This document shows, piece by piece, positions 45,611 through 58,867 of a stretch of 64,000 bases of DNA. Positions within the stretch are counted from its first letter, which is position 1, and each line of letters starts with the position of its first letter. Under the pieces are notes generated by a model, which saw only the letters and a list, made by a program, of their open reading frames with translations, searched no databases and had not been told where the DNA came from. Source of the stretch: the human T2T-CHM13v2.0 reference genome, Homo sapiens. The stretch is taken from assembly GCF_009914755.1 (NCBI RefSeq), contig NC_060947.1. The stretch is one strand, 5' to 3'. A program made the translations under genes and the position numbers.

Positions 45611-48600
45611 GAATGAAGTCCAGATAAAACAGTGAATTTTATTCCCTTATATCATTTAATATTTTATATTTTTCTCATCACTACAATAATATTTTATATT
45701 TTATATTTTTCTCGTCACTACAAATAAAAATTATTTATGTATCAATGTTCTAATTTATTCTAATTATTTATTCTATCTATTTTCTACTTATTTTAGAAGA
45801 TAATCTCTCATTTTTTATGATTAAGGTTTCCTGGATTGTTTAGTATGAATATAATCCCTTTCTTTGAGATTTAGATGTACTACACAAGTGTATGTTTTCT
45901 CAATCTTAAAATGTTTTCAATTTTCTAGTGTATTTATCCAAATGCCTCTTATGTTACTATCATGCATTAATTTGGAAAACTTGGTCACTGATATGATATA
46001 CCTTAGCTTAGTGAAAGAGCTTCATTATTATTCAACAAGTAGAAAATTTTAGTGTATTTACATTCTTATGTTTAGTTACTGCTATTTCTGTGTTTAGATG
46101 GGACTGTTATTGACACATATTACATTACATTTCAAATAAACATTCTTTATATGTAAAAGTTATATCATACATGAAATGTAATATTTTTGCAAAATTGGAC
46201 ATCCTTCTTCAGAAACAAAAATTGAGTTAAAGGAAAAGTTAACTTTGAAAAGCTGTTTAATACTCCAATGCAAGCAACCAAGAACTAATCATTTTTACAA
46301 TTAAATATCTTCAATATGTATTTTTATATGAGTCACTAGGGAAGTAGAAGTGCATAGCAACAAGGAGATCAATGGGAGTAAAAAGGAGAAAAAGAAAGGG
46401 CAGAGAACTTTGTTAGAAGTAAAAATAAATTAGGTGTCGAATTAAAGCACTTAGATGGAAAATGCACGTTAAAAAAAAATCGTTTGCCTTGACTTATTCT
46501 AGAAGTTAAGGAAGAAGTAGGTTGTTTAGAGTTGTACTACCTAATTATCTTAATATTCATTTAAGTTCATCTCCTCACTTTGATATAAGGTTTTTAAAGG
46601 ATGATACAACAGATATAAGGCGCCCATTCCAGAAACAAGCTATTATCTGCAGTAGGCCCCAGTGTCTTCAGAGCCCCATAATACTATTCTTTGACCCCGA
46701 CACCAGAGTCAATCCACAAAAGTCAAATTACACCACAGATTTCAGGGAAAAGTTATAATTATGTTCTGTTATGCCAACCTGGCCGTGAAAAATAACTAAA
46801 GTATTGGGAAGGAAGGCAGAGGTCAAAAGTGAGCTGTTAAGAGAACAAAATTAGGCATTTACTAAAAAGCTATTCACTAACTCTAAATTAGGAGCGGGAA
46901 CCACTGCAGGCATGCATGTGTGCAACATTCAATACCTTTTTTTTTTTTTTAATCAAATGGACTCTGAAAAATTTACCCAATTATCTAAATCTTGGCATTC
47001 ATAGAGTTTTCCCATTGGCCTCTAGCAATGCAATTTTGTTTTGACGTGATTCAGCCTGGAGAAAAATGTGTTCCCATGACACTGGTGTTGATTGCAGCTG
47101 TTTGATGATTGTTACAAGTGTATCTCAATGTTCTCTCACAAATGTATGTGATACTGCCAGTTCTGCAGCTCTAGTGTTCAACATACCCGGATGGTGTTTA
47201 AATGTTCCTCCATCTGACAGAGTGGTGCTGATGCAATCTGTTAAAAATTGTGACTACTCTGCCAAGTATTTGACAGATTTCTCTGAGAAACCTCCAGGAT
47301 ATCCATCTAGCCTCAACTGACATCCAAGGCTGTCTTGTTGCCAGTGCCTTCATCAAGTGGCATGGATTTCTGACAGGACAATGATCCATAGCAGATTTCT
47401 TCTGACTAGAGAAGAAACCCCTCAAATAGAGATAATCACGGCATTTTGTTAAATTAGACTAACTCAACAACATAGGAAGAGAATCAAGGCAAGAGCATAA
47501 TTTGAAAAGAAGCTTTAGTGATTCTTTCCATATCTGAGACCTAGTTATTCTAAAATAAATGACACTCAAAATTCTTAAACAGAAAACAAGTAAACCACAT
47601 AATGTTTTTGTTTTCAGAACTTACTTTGATATATGCATTTAAAATAAAATAGATTTCCATTCTTATTTCACAAAACCTGATTCAGAAAACCCCCTTTATT
47701 ACTGTCGGTTTATAAATGCACTTCTGTATACAATTCTGTGTGTATATCCATGTAAGTTTCAGATGTAAGCCTTTTTCAAACAGATGGTTCTTGCTGTTAA
47801 AGTGTATAAATTATGAATTTGACAAAGCAGAGCATTTAAAAACACTACTATAGGAAGGAATCAAATCTTTAGAAAATTAACAAAAATGACATAGAAATAA
47901 GCCTTTTTTCATTAACTGATCAATCTAACTATTCAGACTCCAGTCACTAAACAAGAACCATGACTGAAAACAGAGAAGTCTCTTATCTTTGCTTCCTGGC
48001 TTTATAGCAAATCCCATGTTTTTGAGTTTTAATTGTTCATCAATGATATGTTTCCAAATTTAATCTACTTCTTGGCAGTAGAATCAGCAAAACATTTGTT
48101 CCCTTTCTTCTGGATACGGCTGCAATCAATTGGATGCACAAATGGCATAAAGGATGCTATAGGGAATATCTGCCCCTTCACGAAATGGGATAGATGTTTG
48201 GATGATGGTAGTTTCAAAAGAAACAAAACAGAAAGTCAGAGCAAAAAAGTTAATCAAGCCAACACTCTTCAAGTATACAACTGAAAATACATATTTGTCC
48301 CAATTCTTAATGATTTAAGTATTCCCACATATTCATAAACTCTGTTAAAGGACATGCCAAAGTTAAAGTCACTGGTAATATAATAACCATTTGTTAAATG
48401 GGTAGGTGAGTAGGAACACAAAGAATGATTATACATTGTCATTTATCCATTAAAAGCATTTACAAAATCTGTAAGCCATTAGGATGATAGCTCAGTACTA
48501 ATGCTGAGAGAATAATTTTGCTTAAAATTCAGATATGTAGGTTTATGATAGTTCGGACTTACTAACTATCCCAAATACTATTTTTGTATCAAATTCCTTA

Positions 48601-49366
48601 TAGTGATAAAAAATTATGAAAAGTGAGAATACAAAAAAAAACAATAAAATTAGAGATAGTTCCCAGAAAAGTAATTGTTTAGTACAATTATAGAAGGAAC
48701 TCCATAGCTACAGTTGAATAACAGCAACAACCAGAGATGAGGAAGTAATTGTATATCTAGGTGTGAGGAATAAAACAATGAAGTTTCTAGATAACAAACA
48801 TATGAGGTTATCGGCATGACTTTGGGATAGGAGAGAATTTCTTAAGTGGGAATCATAAATCATTAACTATAAGTAGTAAGAATGATAATTGGATTACAGT
48901 ATAATTAAGAAATTCTATTCAACAAAAGACACCATTAAGAGAGTAAAAGGCAAACCGAGAGTGGAAGAGATATTTGCAATATAACAAGAGGCTCATTTTC
49001 AAGATATATCAAAACACTTACAAATAAAAAAAGACAACCCAACAGAAAAACGGGTAAGAATCATGAACAGGCACTTTTCAAGATATGATATTGAAATGAC
49101 CAATAAACATTGGAAAAGGTGTTCAACCTTATTGGTCATCAGGGAAATGCAAATTTATACCACAAATTCAAGTCATAACAAACCCACTTGCTCAGCAAAA
49201 CTTATAATGACTCCAAAAAGATTCCAAGCATTGCTGCAGAATTTTCATACACTGCTAGCGAGAGTATAAAAAACATTTTAAAATCTAGATTGGCATTATC
49301 TACTACAGTTGAAGATACTGTGTATTCTGTGGCCCATCAATTCCACTCATGCACCAAATACATGTA

Positions 49367-49492
49367 TTAGGTTGGTGCAAACGTAATTGCAGTTATTGCA
49401 ATTAGACTATTCTTGATTTTCTTGTATTTTTTTGTAAGTGGTTAATGCCACTTTTAATGGTGAAAGCCACAGTTACTTTTGTACCAACCTAA
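49367..49492. mobile_element. MADE1 MITE with an enlarged centre
   Basis: Both Hsmar1 TIRs (ttaggttggtgcaaa ... ttttgtaccaacctaa) flanked by TA. Confidence 0.9.
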
Positions 49493-49621
49493 TAAAATAA
49501 AGAGTAGCATTGTTTGAAATAGCTAAAGATGGAAAACAATCCAAATGTTCACTAATAGTAAAATGGATAAATAACTTGTGGAGTATTCATGCAATTGAAT
49601 ACTATTGAGCAATGAAAATAA

Positions 49622-50042
<421 letters not shown>

Positions 50043-51091
50043 CATATAAAGTTTAATATGGGCAAATCTAAACTATAAAATTCTAGGGAGACATATATTA
50101 GTGGCAAGTCTATAAAGAAAAGCAAAGAAATAACTATCAGAAAAACCACAATAACAATTACTTCTTGCGGGGAGGGAAGGGGTTATAATCAGATTGGGGC
50201 ACATAGGGATTTTCTGTGTGGCTGGCAATGTTCTATTTCCTGACTTTGGTGGTAGTTGCATTGAAATTCACTTTATGATTCACTCATCTAACTTCATTTA
50301 TGTTTTATGGAATTTTAATATGTATATCATATTTCACAATAAAATGTGTTTAAAAGGTAAAAGGCAATTCAGTAAAAGTTGGAAAACTGTGAAGTTTATA
50401 AATATACTTCTACAAGATTATTTTCAATTGTGTTAATGTTACGCAAATGGTACTTGTTTTGGAAAAATTGATAGTGGCATACATAGATTCAGAAAGCGGG
50501 ATCTCAAACTATTTAGCAGAACAGAAGAAGAAATGCTTTAGAAAACCATGATAAATGACCAAAAAGTGGCTGTAACGATGATAGACTGATATCAAAGATA
50601 TATATGCAGAATTACAATAACGTTATTTCATGAAGTAAAATGCATTTTAATATCTTTTATATGAAATGTGATTTTAACAGTCATGCCTAACCAAATTAAT
50701 AAATTAAATGTATGTTTAAAAAACCTGATCAAAGATTAAGAAGCCAGCAAGTGGAATTCTATTTTTCACCCATCTCTCTAGTCTAATCTGTTCAAACTTC
50801 ACTGAAGTAAAAGCCTGCTGCTCTTGTTTCATTTTTAGGCCATCATTGCTCTTATTTTTCCTTGCCTGGAAATCACCCTTTCCCTCCCTGACCCCCAACT
50901 CCTCCTTCTCCACCTTTTTCAACTTCAACTGAGACACTGCATCCTCCACTTACTCTACTTACTTATTTTAGCCTTTGCTTCATATTTATATTTACACATA
51001 TTTTAGCCTTTACTTTATATTTAGTGCTGATCTCACATCACCAAGTAGGTTGTTAGATTTATTTTATATAATTTACTCATACCATACAGAA

Positions 51092-51280
51092 GTTCTTCTC
51101 AACCCAGTAACAGTTCTGAAAGAAGTACCTGGGGAGTTTTATGTTTGTTTAAAATATAGATCCCACAGAATGACACCCAGATTTTCTTATTCAGAAGGTC
51201 TGTACTGGAGCTCAAGAATCTTCATTTTTGAAACAGCTCACCATTGATTCTGATATGCAGTCAAGATTGAGAATGGCACC
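51092..51280. mobile_element. MER5A/B
   Basis: ttctcaacc...ttcagaaggtctgtactggagctcaagaatc...tgattctgatatgcagtcaagattgagaa. Confidence 0.7.
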
Positions 51281-51768
51281 ATGGTTCCTAGCATGTGAGT
51301 AGACTGAATCATTATACAGGAAGCTAAATAAATGTTTATTACTCGAGTGATGAAACACAGAGTATAATCTGTAGAAGTTTTATTCCTTACCAAATATAGT
51401 TTCATAGAATGAATTTATGTTTCATCTTAAAGATGAGCAAACTAACTCATGGAAAGGTTAAGTATTTTGTCCAATGTCATAAAATTAGTGAACTAGTGTC
51501 AATTATAGAGCTATAAAAGATTTTCTTAATCCTGCTCAAAGGCTCTTTCTACCACACTAGATTTTTCAATGCCAATGGTGGAATTCCAATGAAATACAGT
51601 ACTACACAAAATAATTAATTCAAAAATATACTCTAAAAGTTCCATCACTTATCAGGCACATCAAATGTTGCTGCATTTGGTTAGAATGGTCTGTAAATTA
51701 CCATACCTCTGCCATCTATTAAACATTTTTGCTATGATCTAGTGAGATTTGCCCTTGGAAAAAAATAC

Positions 51769-51809
51769 TTTTTTTTTTCTAGTCAAGTGAAGCAGTGGGA
51801 GTGGAGAAG
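51769..51809 (-). pseudogene. RNY3: Y3 RNA 3'-end retropseudogene (31 nt plus poly(A))
   Basis: Reverse complement of 51779-51809 is cttctccactcccactgcttcacttgactag, matching the hY3 3' end as I recall it; T10 tail; flanking repeat ccttggaaaa on both sides. Confidence 0.88.
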
Positions 51810-52896
51810 CCTTGGAAAATTTAATGATTAAAACTGATGATAGAATCCTCCTAAACTTGTTATAAAGAATTAGATACATAATATATTTTGCAATGATACC
51901 AAATGTTCCAATATTTAATACAGATTTGATAAAATTTTTAAAATATTTTTTAAAAAACGGTATTTTATACTATAAGCCTTTCCTTCTTGCTGATTACTTT
52001 TTGAATAGGGAATTTTTATGTCTCTATTCATTATTTCTAATTGCTCTGATATTTTTGCAATCATGTTCTATTTCCTATCCAAAATATTCATTAGTATTAA
52101 CTAGCACTTCTGATATAACCATTCTTCAACTGAAGATGATGCCACAACAATTTAGATTATGATCTAAAGTAAATTATCATTTTATAAATGGAATATTCAC
52201 CTGTCCTTCTTTACCTACTCTCCTTTAATTTGCTTATTCCTCACTTCTAATTCATTCCTCTCAATATCATCACCTTTAATAAACACACCCCTCACCTACT
52301 TTATGATGACCAACAAGGTGATCTCGTCTTTATAATGCCAAGAGAGTGATGCTAGAATATTATGAGCATAGGCCATAATTTCAAATATTCTGTGATTACT
52401 AACAAATTAATTGGCCGAGTAAAACCAATTAAAAATAAATGCTTAACTTATATAGACAAACACACTCAACCATATTTTCATTGCATACAGAAATTAAATA
52501 AGATTTTGATTTAAAAACATTTAATTTGTTAGAAACCCATGTGCTAGGAAATTTTAAAACACACATCATATTATATTTAAGAAGTCAGGACTGGAATATT
52601 TAAATAAAAGATTTCCTCCAGACTTAACTAGGCTCTCAATTCATTAAGCAGCACATGTTTTACGAATTGTAAAATCAAGCAAATTGATTTTATGTTAAGA
52701 ATAAGCAATAATAGGTAGTTGATTAATATATGCAAAGAAGTAATCAACCAGTATATACAAGGTATTATGCTAAGTACTATGAGGGATACATAGCCACTTG
52801 CCTCCAAGTGGCTAAATAATTACGGGAAAAAATGTATAATGGGATGGATGCTGCTAAGAGATTTTTATTATTATGCAGCCTCCTTTATATCTAGAG

Positions 52897-53115
52897 CACT
52901 GGTTCTCAACCAGGGCCAGTTTTAATACTCCGGGGACCTTTGGCAATATTTACAGACACTTTTAGATGTCACAACTGGAGAATGGGTGGGCATTGCTATA
53001 CAATGGCTATACAATAGAATGTTGTTAAACATTCTATAATGCACAGAGCAGCCTCACCACCAACAAACAGTTAACAAGCACAAAATGTCAATAGCGTTAA
53101 AGTTGAAAAACCCAG
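52897..53115. mobile_element. MER20 (hAT-Charlie)
   Basis: cactggttctcaaccaggg...caaaatgtcaatagcgttaaagttgaaaaacccag; perfect 8-bp TSD atctagag. Confidence 0.92.
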
Positions 53116-53493
53116 ATCTAGAGGCAGAGACAGAAAATTACTTTGGGATCAAATTCTTGTTATTAAGGGAAAACTCAGTTGAGCTACCTCCTTTAGTCAT
53201 ATAAATATAAGGCCAGTAGGTACATCAGTAGGCTGAGTATGTCATGTTGCTACATCTGGAATTGCCTTTGGACCTAGTCACCACCATAGAATGACATGCT
53301 TTGAGAACAATGAGGAAACACATAGGGGAGGCTAAAAGAGATGTTAGCACTAGCAAACATGTGACTGAGCAAGCGCATCACTGCAGTAGTGTATATTCAA
53401 TTGGTTGGCAGGACCAACGGGTTATGCAGACTGACAATATGTAGACAGTACTAAAACAGCAAGACTAGTAAATTTTCTAGTTCTTTATATCTA

Positions 53494-53874
53494 CAGTTAA
53501 GTATCACTTAATGACAGGGATACATTCTGAGAGATGCATCCCTAGGTGATGCAGGGACATCATAAAAATGCATTGCTGGGAAATTTTGTCATTGTGCAAA
53601 CGTCATAGAAAGTACTTTTACAAATCTAGATAGTATAGACTACTACACATCTAGGTTATATTGTATAGCCTGTTGCCCCTGGGCTATAAACCTGTACAGA
53701 ATGTCACCTACTGAATACTGTAGCCAACTGTAACATAATGGTAAGTATTTATATGTCTAAACATATCTAAACATAGAAAAGAAAAAGTAAAAATGCAGTA
53801 TTAAAATCTTATGGGACCACTGTTGTATATGTGGTCTGTTATTGACCAAAACGTCATTATGCAGTGCAAGACTG
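53494..53874. mobile_element. Tigger3a-like DNA transposon
   Basis: TA-cagt...gacagggatacattctgaga...tactacacatctagg...cttatgggaccac...gactg-TA. Confidence 0.88.
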
Positions 53875-54015
53875 TATTTGGCTTTCGGAAGCAGGAGTGC
53901 TTTGATTAGTCGATAGTCTTCATGGATGAATCACTGGAGAAAGAGGCTTCTTGAAGGAGATAATAAACTTTGTATAAAGACAGGTGAGCAATTAAGTATA
54001 AGAAAGAAATGTATG

Positions 54016-54321
54016 GGCCAGGCACGGTGGCTCACGCCTGTAATCCCAGCACTTTGGGAAGCCGAGGCAGGCGGATCATGAGGTCAGGAGTTTGAGGCCA
54101 CCCTGGCCAACATAGTGAAACCCTATCTCTACTAAAAATACAAACAAATTAGCCGTGCGTGGTGGTGGGCGCCTGTAATCCCAGCTACTTGGGAGGCTGA
54201 GGCAGGGAGAATCGCTTGAACCTAGGAGGCGGAGGTTGCAGTGAGCCAAGATCACGCCACTGCACTCCAGCCCGGGCAACAGTACGACACTCTGTCTCAA
54301 AAAAAAAAAAAAAATAGAAAT
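54016..54321 (+). mobile_element. AluS (AluSg-like)
   Basis: Full dimer with A-tail; TSD aaagaa(a/g)tgtatg. Confidence 0.95.
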
Positions 54322-54382
54322 AAAGAAGTGTATGAAGCATACTGTATTGGTGCACCAAGCTGGCAAAGCAAGTTATATGTTG

Positions 54383-54870
54383 TTGCAAATGTTGTTGTTG
54401 ATTCATTAAGAGACTTGGCCATTATACCTATTCCCCACCATTCTGTGAGTGTTGGCTGCTAATAGCTCATAGCTACCTCTGTTCTTGAGATAATTGCCCT
54501 TGGCTGACAGAAACTGTGCCACCTGGGATGTTATGCAGTCTGTCTCACTAGGTTATTGGCATAGGGTGCATAACCTCCCAGGGGTACAAAAGGTCTGGGA
54601 CCCTTGTCTCAGAGAGAGACAATTCTATGCCGAGATTTATGCTCCAGAACTTTTGAATCCCACCCTACTCCACCCCTCAAGACCCTCTCCTGAGGATCAA
54701 GTGAAAGCTAGACTTTACCTGAGACCACATCCTTGCTCGTTTTTTTCCCCTTCCCTATCCTGCTTCCCTTTCTTTCTTCAGGTGTTTCATTAAGAGCTTT
54801 TGCTCAATAAATTATTTTCATGCCAAATTCCTGTTTGAGACTCTGCTTTTAGGAAAGCTGATTTACAACA
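54383..54870 (+). mobile_element. ERVL LTR, LTR16C-like
   Basis: ggctgctaatagctcatagct...gtgaaagctagactttacctgagaccacatccttgc...ctcaataaa...ctctgcttttaggaa. Confidence 0.7.
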
Positions 54871-54930
54871 CACATGAAATCAAGAAACTAAAATAGAATG
54901 TAGAATATGACAGTCTGTAGAGAAAGATTC

Positions 54931-55165
54931 ATGTTCTGATCAACTCCCACTTATGAGTGAGACATGGACACGGGGAGGGGAACATCACCCACCGGCGCCT
55001 GTCAGGGGGTGGGGGGCTAAGGGAGGAATAGCATTAGGAGAAATACCTAATGTAGACAACGGGTTGATGGGTGAAGCAAACCACCATGGAACGTATATAC
55101 CTATGTAACAAACCTGCACGTTCTGTACATGTACCCCAGAACTTAAAGTATAATAATAATGAAAA
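54931..55165 (+). mobile_element. Short L1PA6/7-like 3' end with a ~30-bp 5' inversion
   Basis: caactcccacttatgagtgaga is antisense L1 3'; followed by sense acatggacacggggagggg...aaagtataataataat. Confidence 0.88.
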
Positions 55166-55169
55166 AGTT

Positions 55170-55690
55170 TTTGCAGGAAAGGAGACCAACCAGCCTTGTT
55201 GAGGAGCTATTGCCAGAACTTACTGTAAAATGCAAGGACATCCAAGTGGTACAAAGGGCGAATGAAAGTGGATGCTCTGGAGCACCAGCCTGATCCCCTT
55301 TAAGAACTGAAGCACTAATTTCCCCACCTGCTGGAAGTGCTGGTAGCTGATGGCCCTCAGCTGAAGAATGTTGACTCACACAAGCTTGTAGCCTCTGCCT
55401 GATGGAAACCAGCAGCCAACAGGTGGTCGAATTGAGGGTATAAAAGCCAGCACCTGCCCCCTAATGCTTGCCTCAAAGAAAGGCAACCATGGAGGGTTAT
55501 CTCAATTGCAGGTTTCCCTGAGCTATGGACTGAAGCATCCATTGCAACTCCTTCACCATTCTATTTCTTCCTCTGTGTAATCATGTTTTTTTTTCAATCC
55601 TCACAAGTGTTATTACTGACAGCAATTTCCAATAAAGTTTCTGCCTACAAAAAAAATGATTCATGTTCTGTCATCCTTATGGAGACCGGG
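55170..55690 (+). mobile_element. ERVL internal 3' end with polypurine tract, then LTR16A-like LTR
   Basis: caaagggcgaa-TG junction; tgatcccctttaagaactgaagc...gggtataaaagcc...ccaataaa. Confidence 0.65.
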
Positions 55691-56199
55691 CTTGGGGCCC
55701 ATGCAAGACAGACAGTTAAACATGAGATACTAGCACAAAGCTGGGACCCTTTAAAGGCCGCTTCCTCAGAGAATAGGTAGACTAGACAAACCCTACCCAC
55801 CAACAGAAGGAGACAATGGGAAGCCTGCCCTTTGGGTAACAAAAAAGAATTTCTACTAGCAAATCCAAACCCCTAGGATTCTACCACACATGAATTTAGA
55901 ATCCAAATTCATGTTACCTGCATGGCCCAGGGACTTATCATCTGAGAAATCAACATAACCTTTGTCTGGGGTAATACACGGCAGGTAATGATACATGGCA
56001 GATGCAAATGCACAAAGCTCTCTGGGGAATTTTTCTCAAGGTATTCCTGCAGAAGAAAATGAGTCCAAATAACAATGTGTTCATATGATAAAGAATAAGA
56101 GAAGGAGAAGAAGGAAATTGCTTGACCAGCTATCCAGTCTTATAAAGCTATACAAGGGACAGAAAAATACTATAGAACAAAATGGTATCATATAAAGCG

Positions 56200-56789
56200 A
56201 CCTGAGAAGTCTGGCTCTTGACCAAAAATCCGATGTGTGATTTTTTTTTTTTTTTTTTGGCCCAACTATCGGCAATTAGAGGCTTTACCTGACAGGCCTT
56301 ATGAGGAAAAACTGCCCTCCCTACACCAGACTTAGAGCACAGCCAATGCATTGCAGTCTCTGAAGGAAGCTGCAGTAAAGGACCCAACTCAGCCTCCCCT
56401 ATACCCCCTTTTCAGGAGCCTCTGCCAAAACCTCTTTATTGGGGGGAAGGGAGGATTTTTTTCCACTCTCACTTAATTTTCAATACTTTGCCACTCCTAG
56501 CCCTTTTCTCTTGCCCTCCCCTCAGTTCTTGGTTTCAGAAAGCTGCAGGAGCCTTTTGTTTATGGCTCACTTAACAGTGAGAGGAGCCCCATGTCTGTGC
56601 CGATCCATCTGAACCTCGACTAGCACTAGCACACTATCACAAGGGGAAAAATAGAACAGGGTGCTTTCTCGGGTTTAGCCTCTTGCTTATCTAGTCTTGA
56701 CTGTTAACTTTTGTTTTGGCTTAAGGTTTTAATCAGCTACTCCAAGACTTAACAACTCAGCTTTCTCCAACTCAGCTGAGGTCCTGACA
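56200..56789 (+). mobile_element. ERVL-class LTR (MER74-like; left boundary uncertain)
   Basis: Ends ctcagctgaggtcctgaca; internal ggagccttttgttt motif. Confidence 0.4.
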
Positions 56790-56935
56790 AGACCTAGATA
56801 AGTGTATAACACCTATCTTGGTATATAACTAAAGTTACATTATAACTCAGTGAGGAAAGGATGAATTAGTCATTAAACTATGCTGTGACAATTGGTTCTC
56901 CATAGGAGAAATGAGACAAAGTTAGATCCCTACTT

Positions 56936-57136
56936 CAAGTGATGGGCTGGGAAACGTTTAACAACCAGCTTCCTGGGACAGGATTGGAAACCTTATTTGT
57001 AGCACTTGCCAATTTCTGTGGTGTAAAGACTTTCACCATGGGTAATCAAGCTACCTATGTGATGTCATGGAATGCAGAGTTGGGAACAGATGCATTTAAT
57101 TATCTCTAGCAAGCTGATTCTAGTACAACACTACTG
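56936..57136. mobile_element. MER63-type hAT element
   Basis: gtttaacaaccagct...tttgtagcacttgccaatttctgtggtgtaaa...caagctacc...gcagagttgggaa...ctactg. Confidence 0.8.
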
Positions 57137-58357
57137 CCCTCCACAATACACAAACATAAGCTGCAGATAGAGTGTATATTTAAACATGAAAAGAAAATTT
57201 TAAAACTTATAGAAATAAACAGATAAGTCTATATCATAAGTGGATAAGGAAGAAATTCATAGTAAGACAAAAATAAGTACAAACTTCTTTCACACTATTA
57301 GGACACATTGATAATAATAAAAATGTACTTATGTTTTCCGACTTGAAGTGTTCTATATTATTTTAGATCACCAAGGGAAACATAGTATTTATATAATACG
57401 AATGAATGAAGACAGATTTGTTTGAATGCACAGCTTTAGCTTCACACGTATAACAGATAGGTATGCTGTTGTTTAGAAGATGATCTTCAAAAGTCAAAAA
57501 GTTTACAGTGAGAAACACCTCACTGTAAAAGCCTTATTCTTGCTGCATTTTATTCAAGCTCATTTCTCACTACATTCACAAGAACTGGAATTCATGCCCA
57601 TCCTGCAGTCAGTAAATGTCTCTCTTAAATTTCAATCAATGGCAGAAGGGTGTAGAATAAGAAAAAAAAAATCAGTTTCTGTAACTAATAAGATGATAAT
57701 TTTTAGTGTAGAGTTATAATATTGTAAAAATTATTTCAATAATTAGTATATTTTATACATTAAAAGTATTATTCATTAAATTCATTTTATTATCACATTA
57801 AGTGACTTTAATACCTAAATGATGAAATGCATTAATAATCAGTTATGAACATAATCATAATAAATAACACTAACAACTAAAGTAACCAATAAACATTATA
57901 AGTCCTATGAACAAAATAGTTGGGTTCCAAACTTCCCCAAAAAGTTCCTCCTTTTGCTTTACTTACTATAAGCAATTGTACATTATTTAAGTATATGATT
58001 ATTAGCACATATAAAGTATTTCATGGTAAGCCATCTAGTAGTGTCAAAAGTAAGTGAAAGAATGGAGAAAAGTGTTGAGTTTGCTGTAAAAGGAAATAAA
58101 AAATTATAAATAAGGCCACATTTTAGATGCACTGTCATTTTTAGTTCTATTTGATTCTATCCTCACAGTTACATAGAGCAGAGCCATAATTGAGAGAAAC
58201 CACTTTATCCTTCTCTTCATTCTTGATTGAAGAAGAAAATCATTGAAACATAACCAATATCCTTTGCAAGTTCACGAGCTAGGACATTTTTCTGCCTTCC
58301 TTTTGCAGACTCATATTAAATGGATATAAAGGGTCCTGGGTCAGTCTAGAGTTTACC

Positions 58358-58545
58358 ACCATGGTTCACAAACATGTCTGTGCATAAATATCTTAGGTAC
58401 TTATTTAAAATATAGACTACTGGGCCTCACACAAGTTATACTGATGTAGTATATAGTATCTAGAGATTGGTATGTTCAGTACTTGCCGTCCTCCAAAATT
58501 ATTCTGATTTAGCCCATCTATAGATAGACTAGCATTTCAAAATTA
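58358..58545. mobile_element. MER5B-like
   Basis: ccatggttcacaaac...aaaatatagactactgggcctcac...attctgat. Confidence 0.5.
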
Positions 58546-58867
58546 CTCCTAGAATTTCCTGGGAAATATTTATGTGTTTTAGGTAGGGGATTAAGGGCTG
58601 GACATGTTTATGTATTCATCTCAAAAAGTGGGAGCAAAAGAATATATGGTAGATATGTGGTTTTCATGTATAAACTCAAAAGTATCTTTGTTGTAATTGG
58701 GCTTATGGGCCAAAGAACAAAATTGAAGATTAGTATTCTTATGGGTTTACAATATTCCATATACCGTTGTCCAAGTGAATGTCATGGGCATTCCAGCCAT
58801 TCAACCATCTAATTATCCACTAGGTATTATCTATTTTACCTTATAAATAACCTGTTATGTCTGTCCA

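Noticed and set aside
48033-48284. 83-aa ORF in unique DNA as an exon
   Set aside because: TTG start, no recognisable domain, no convincing splice-site pair.
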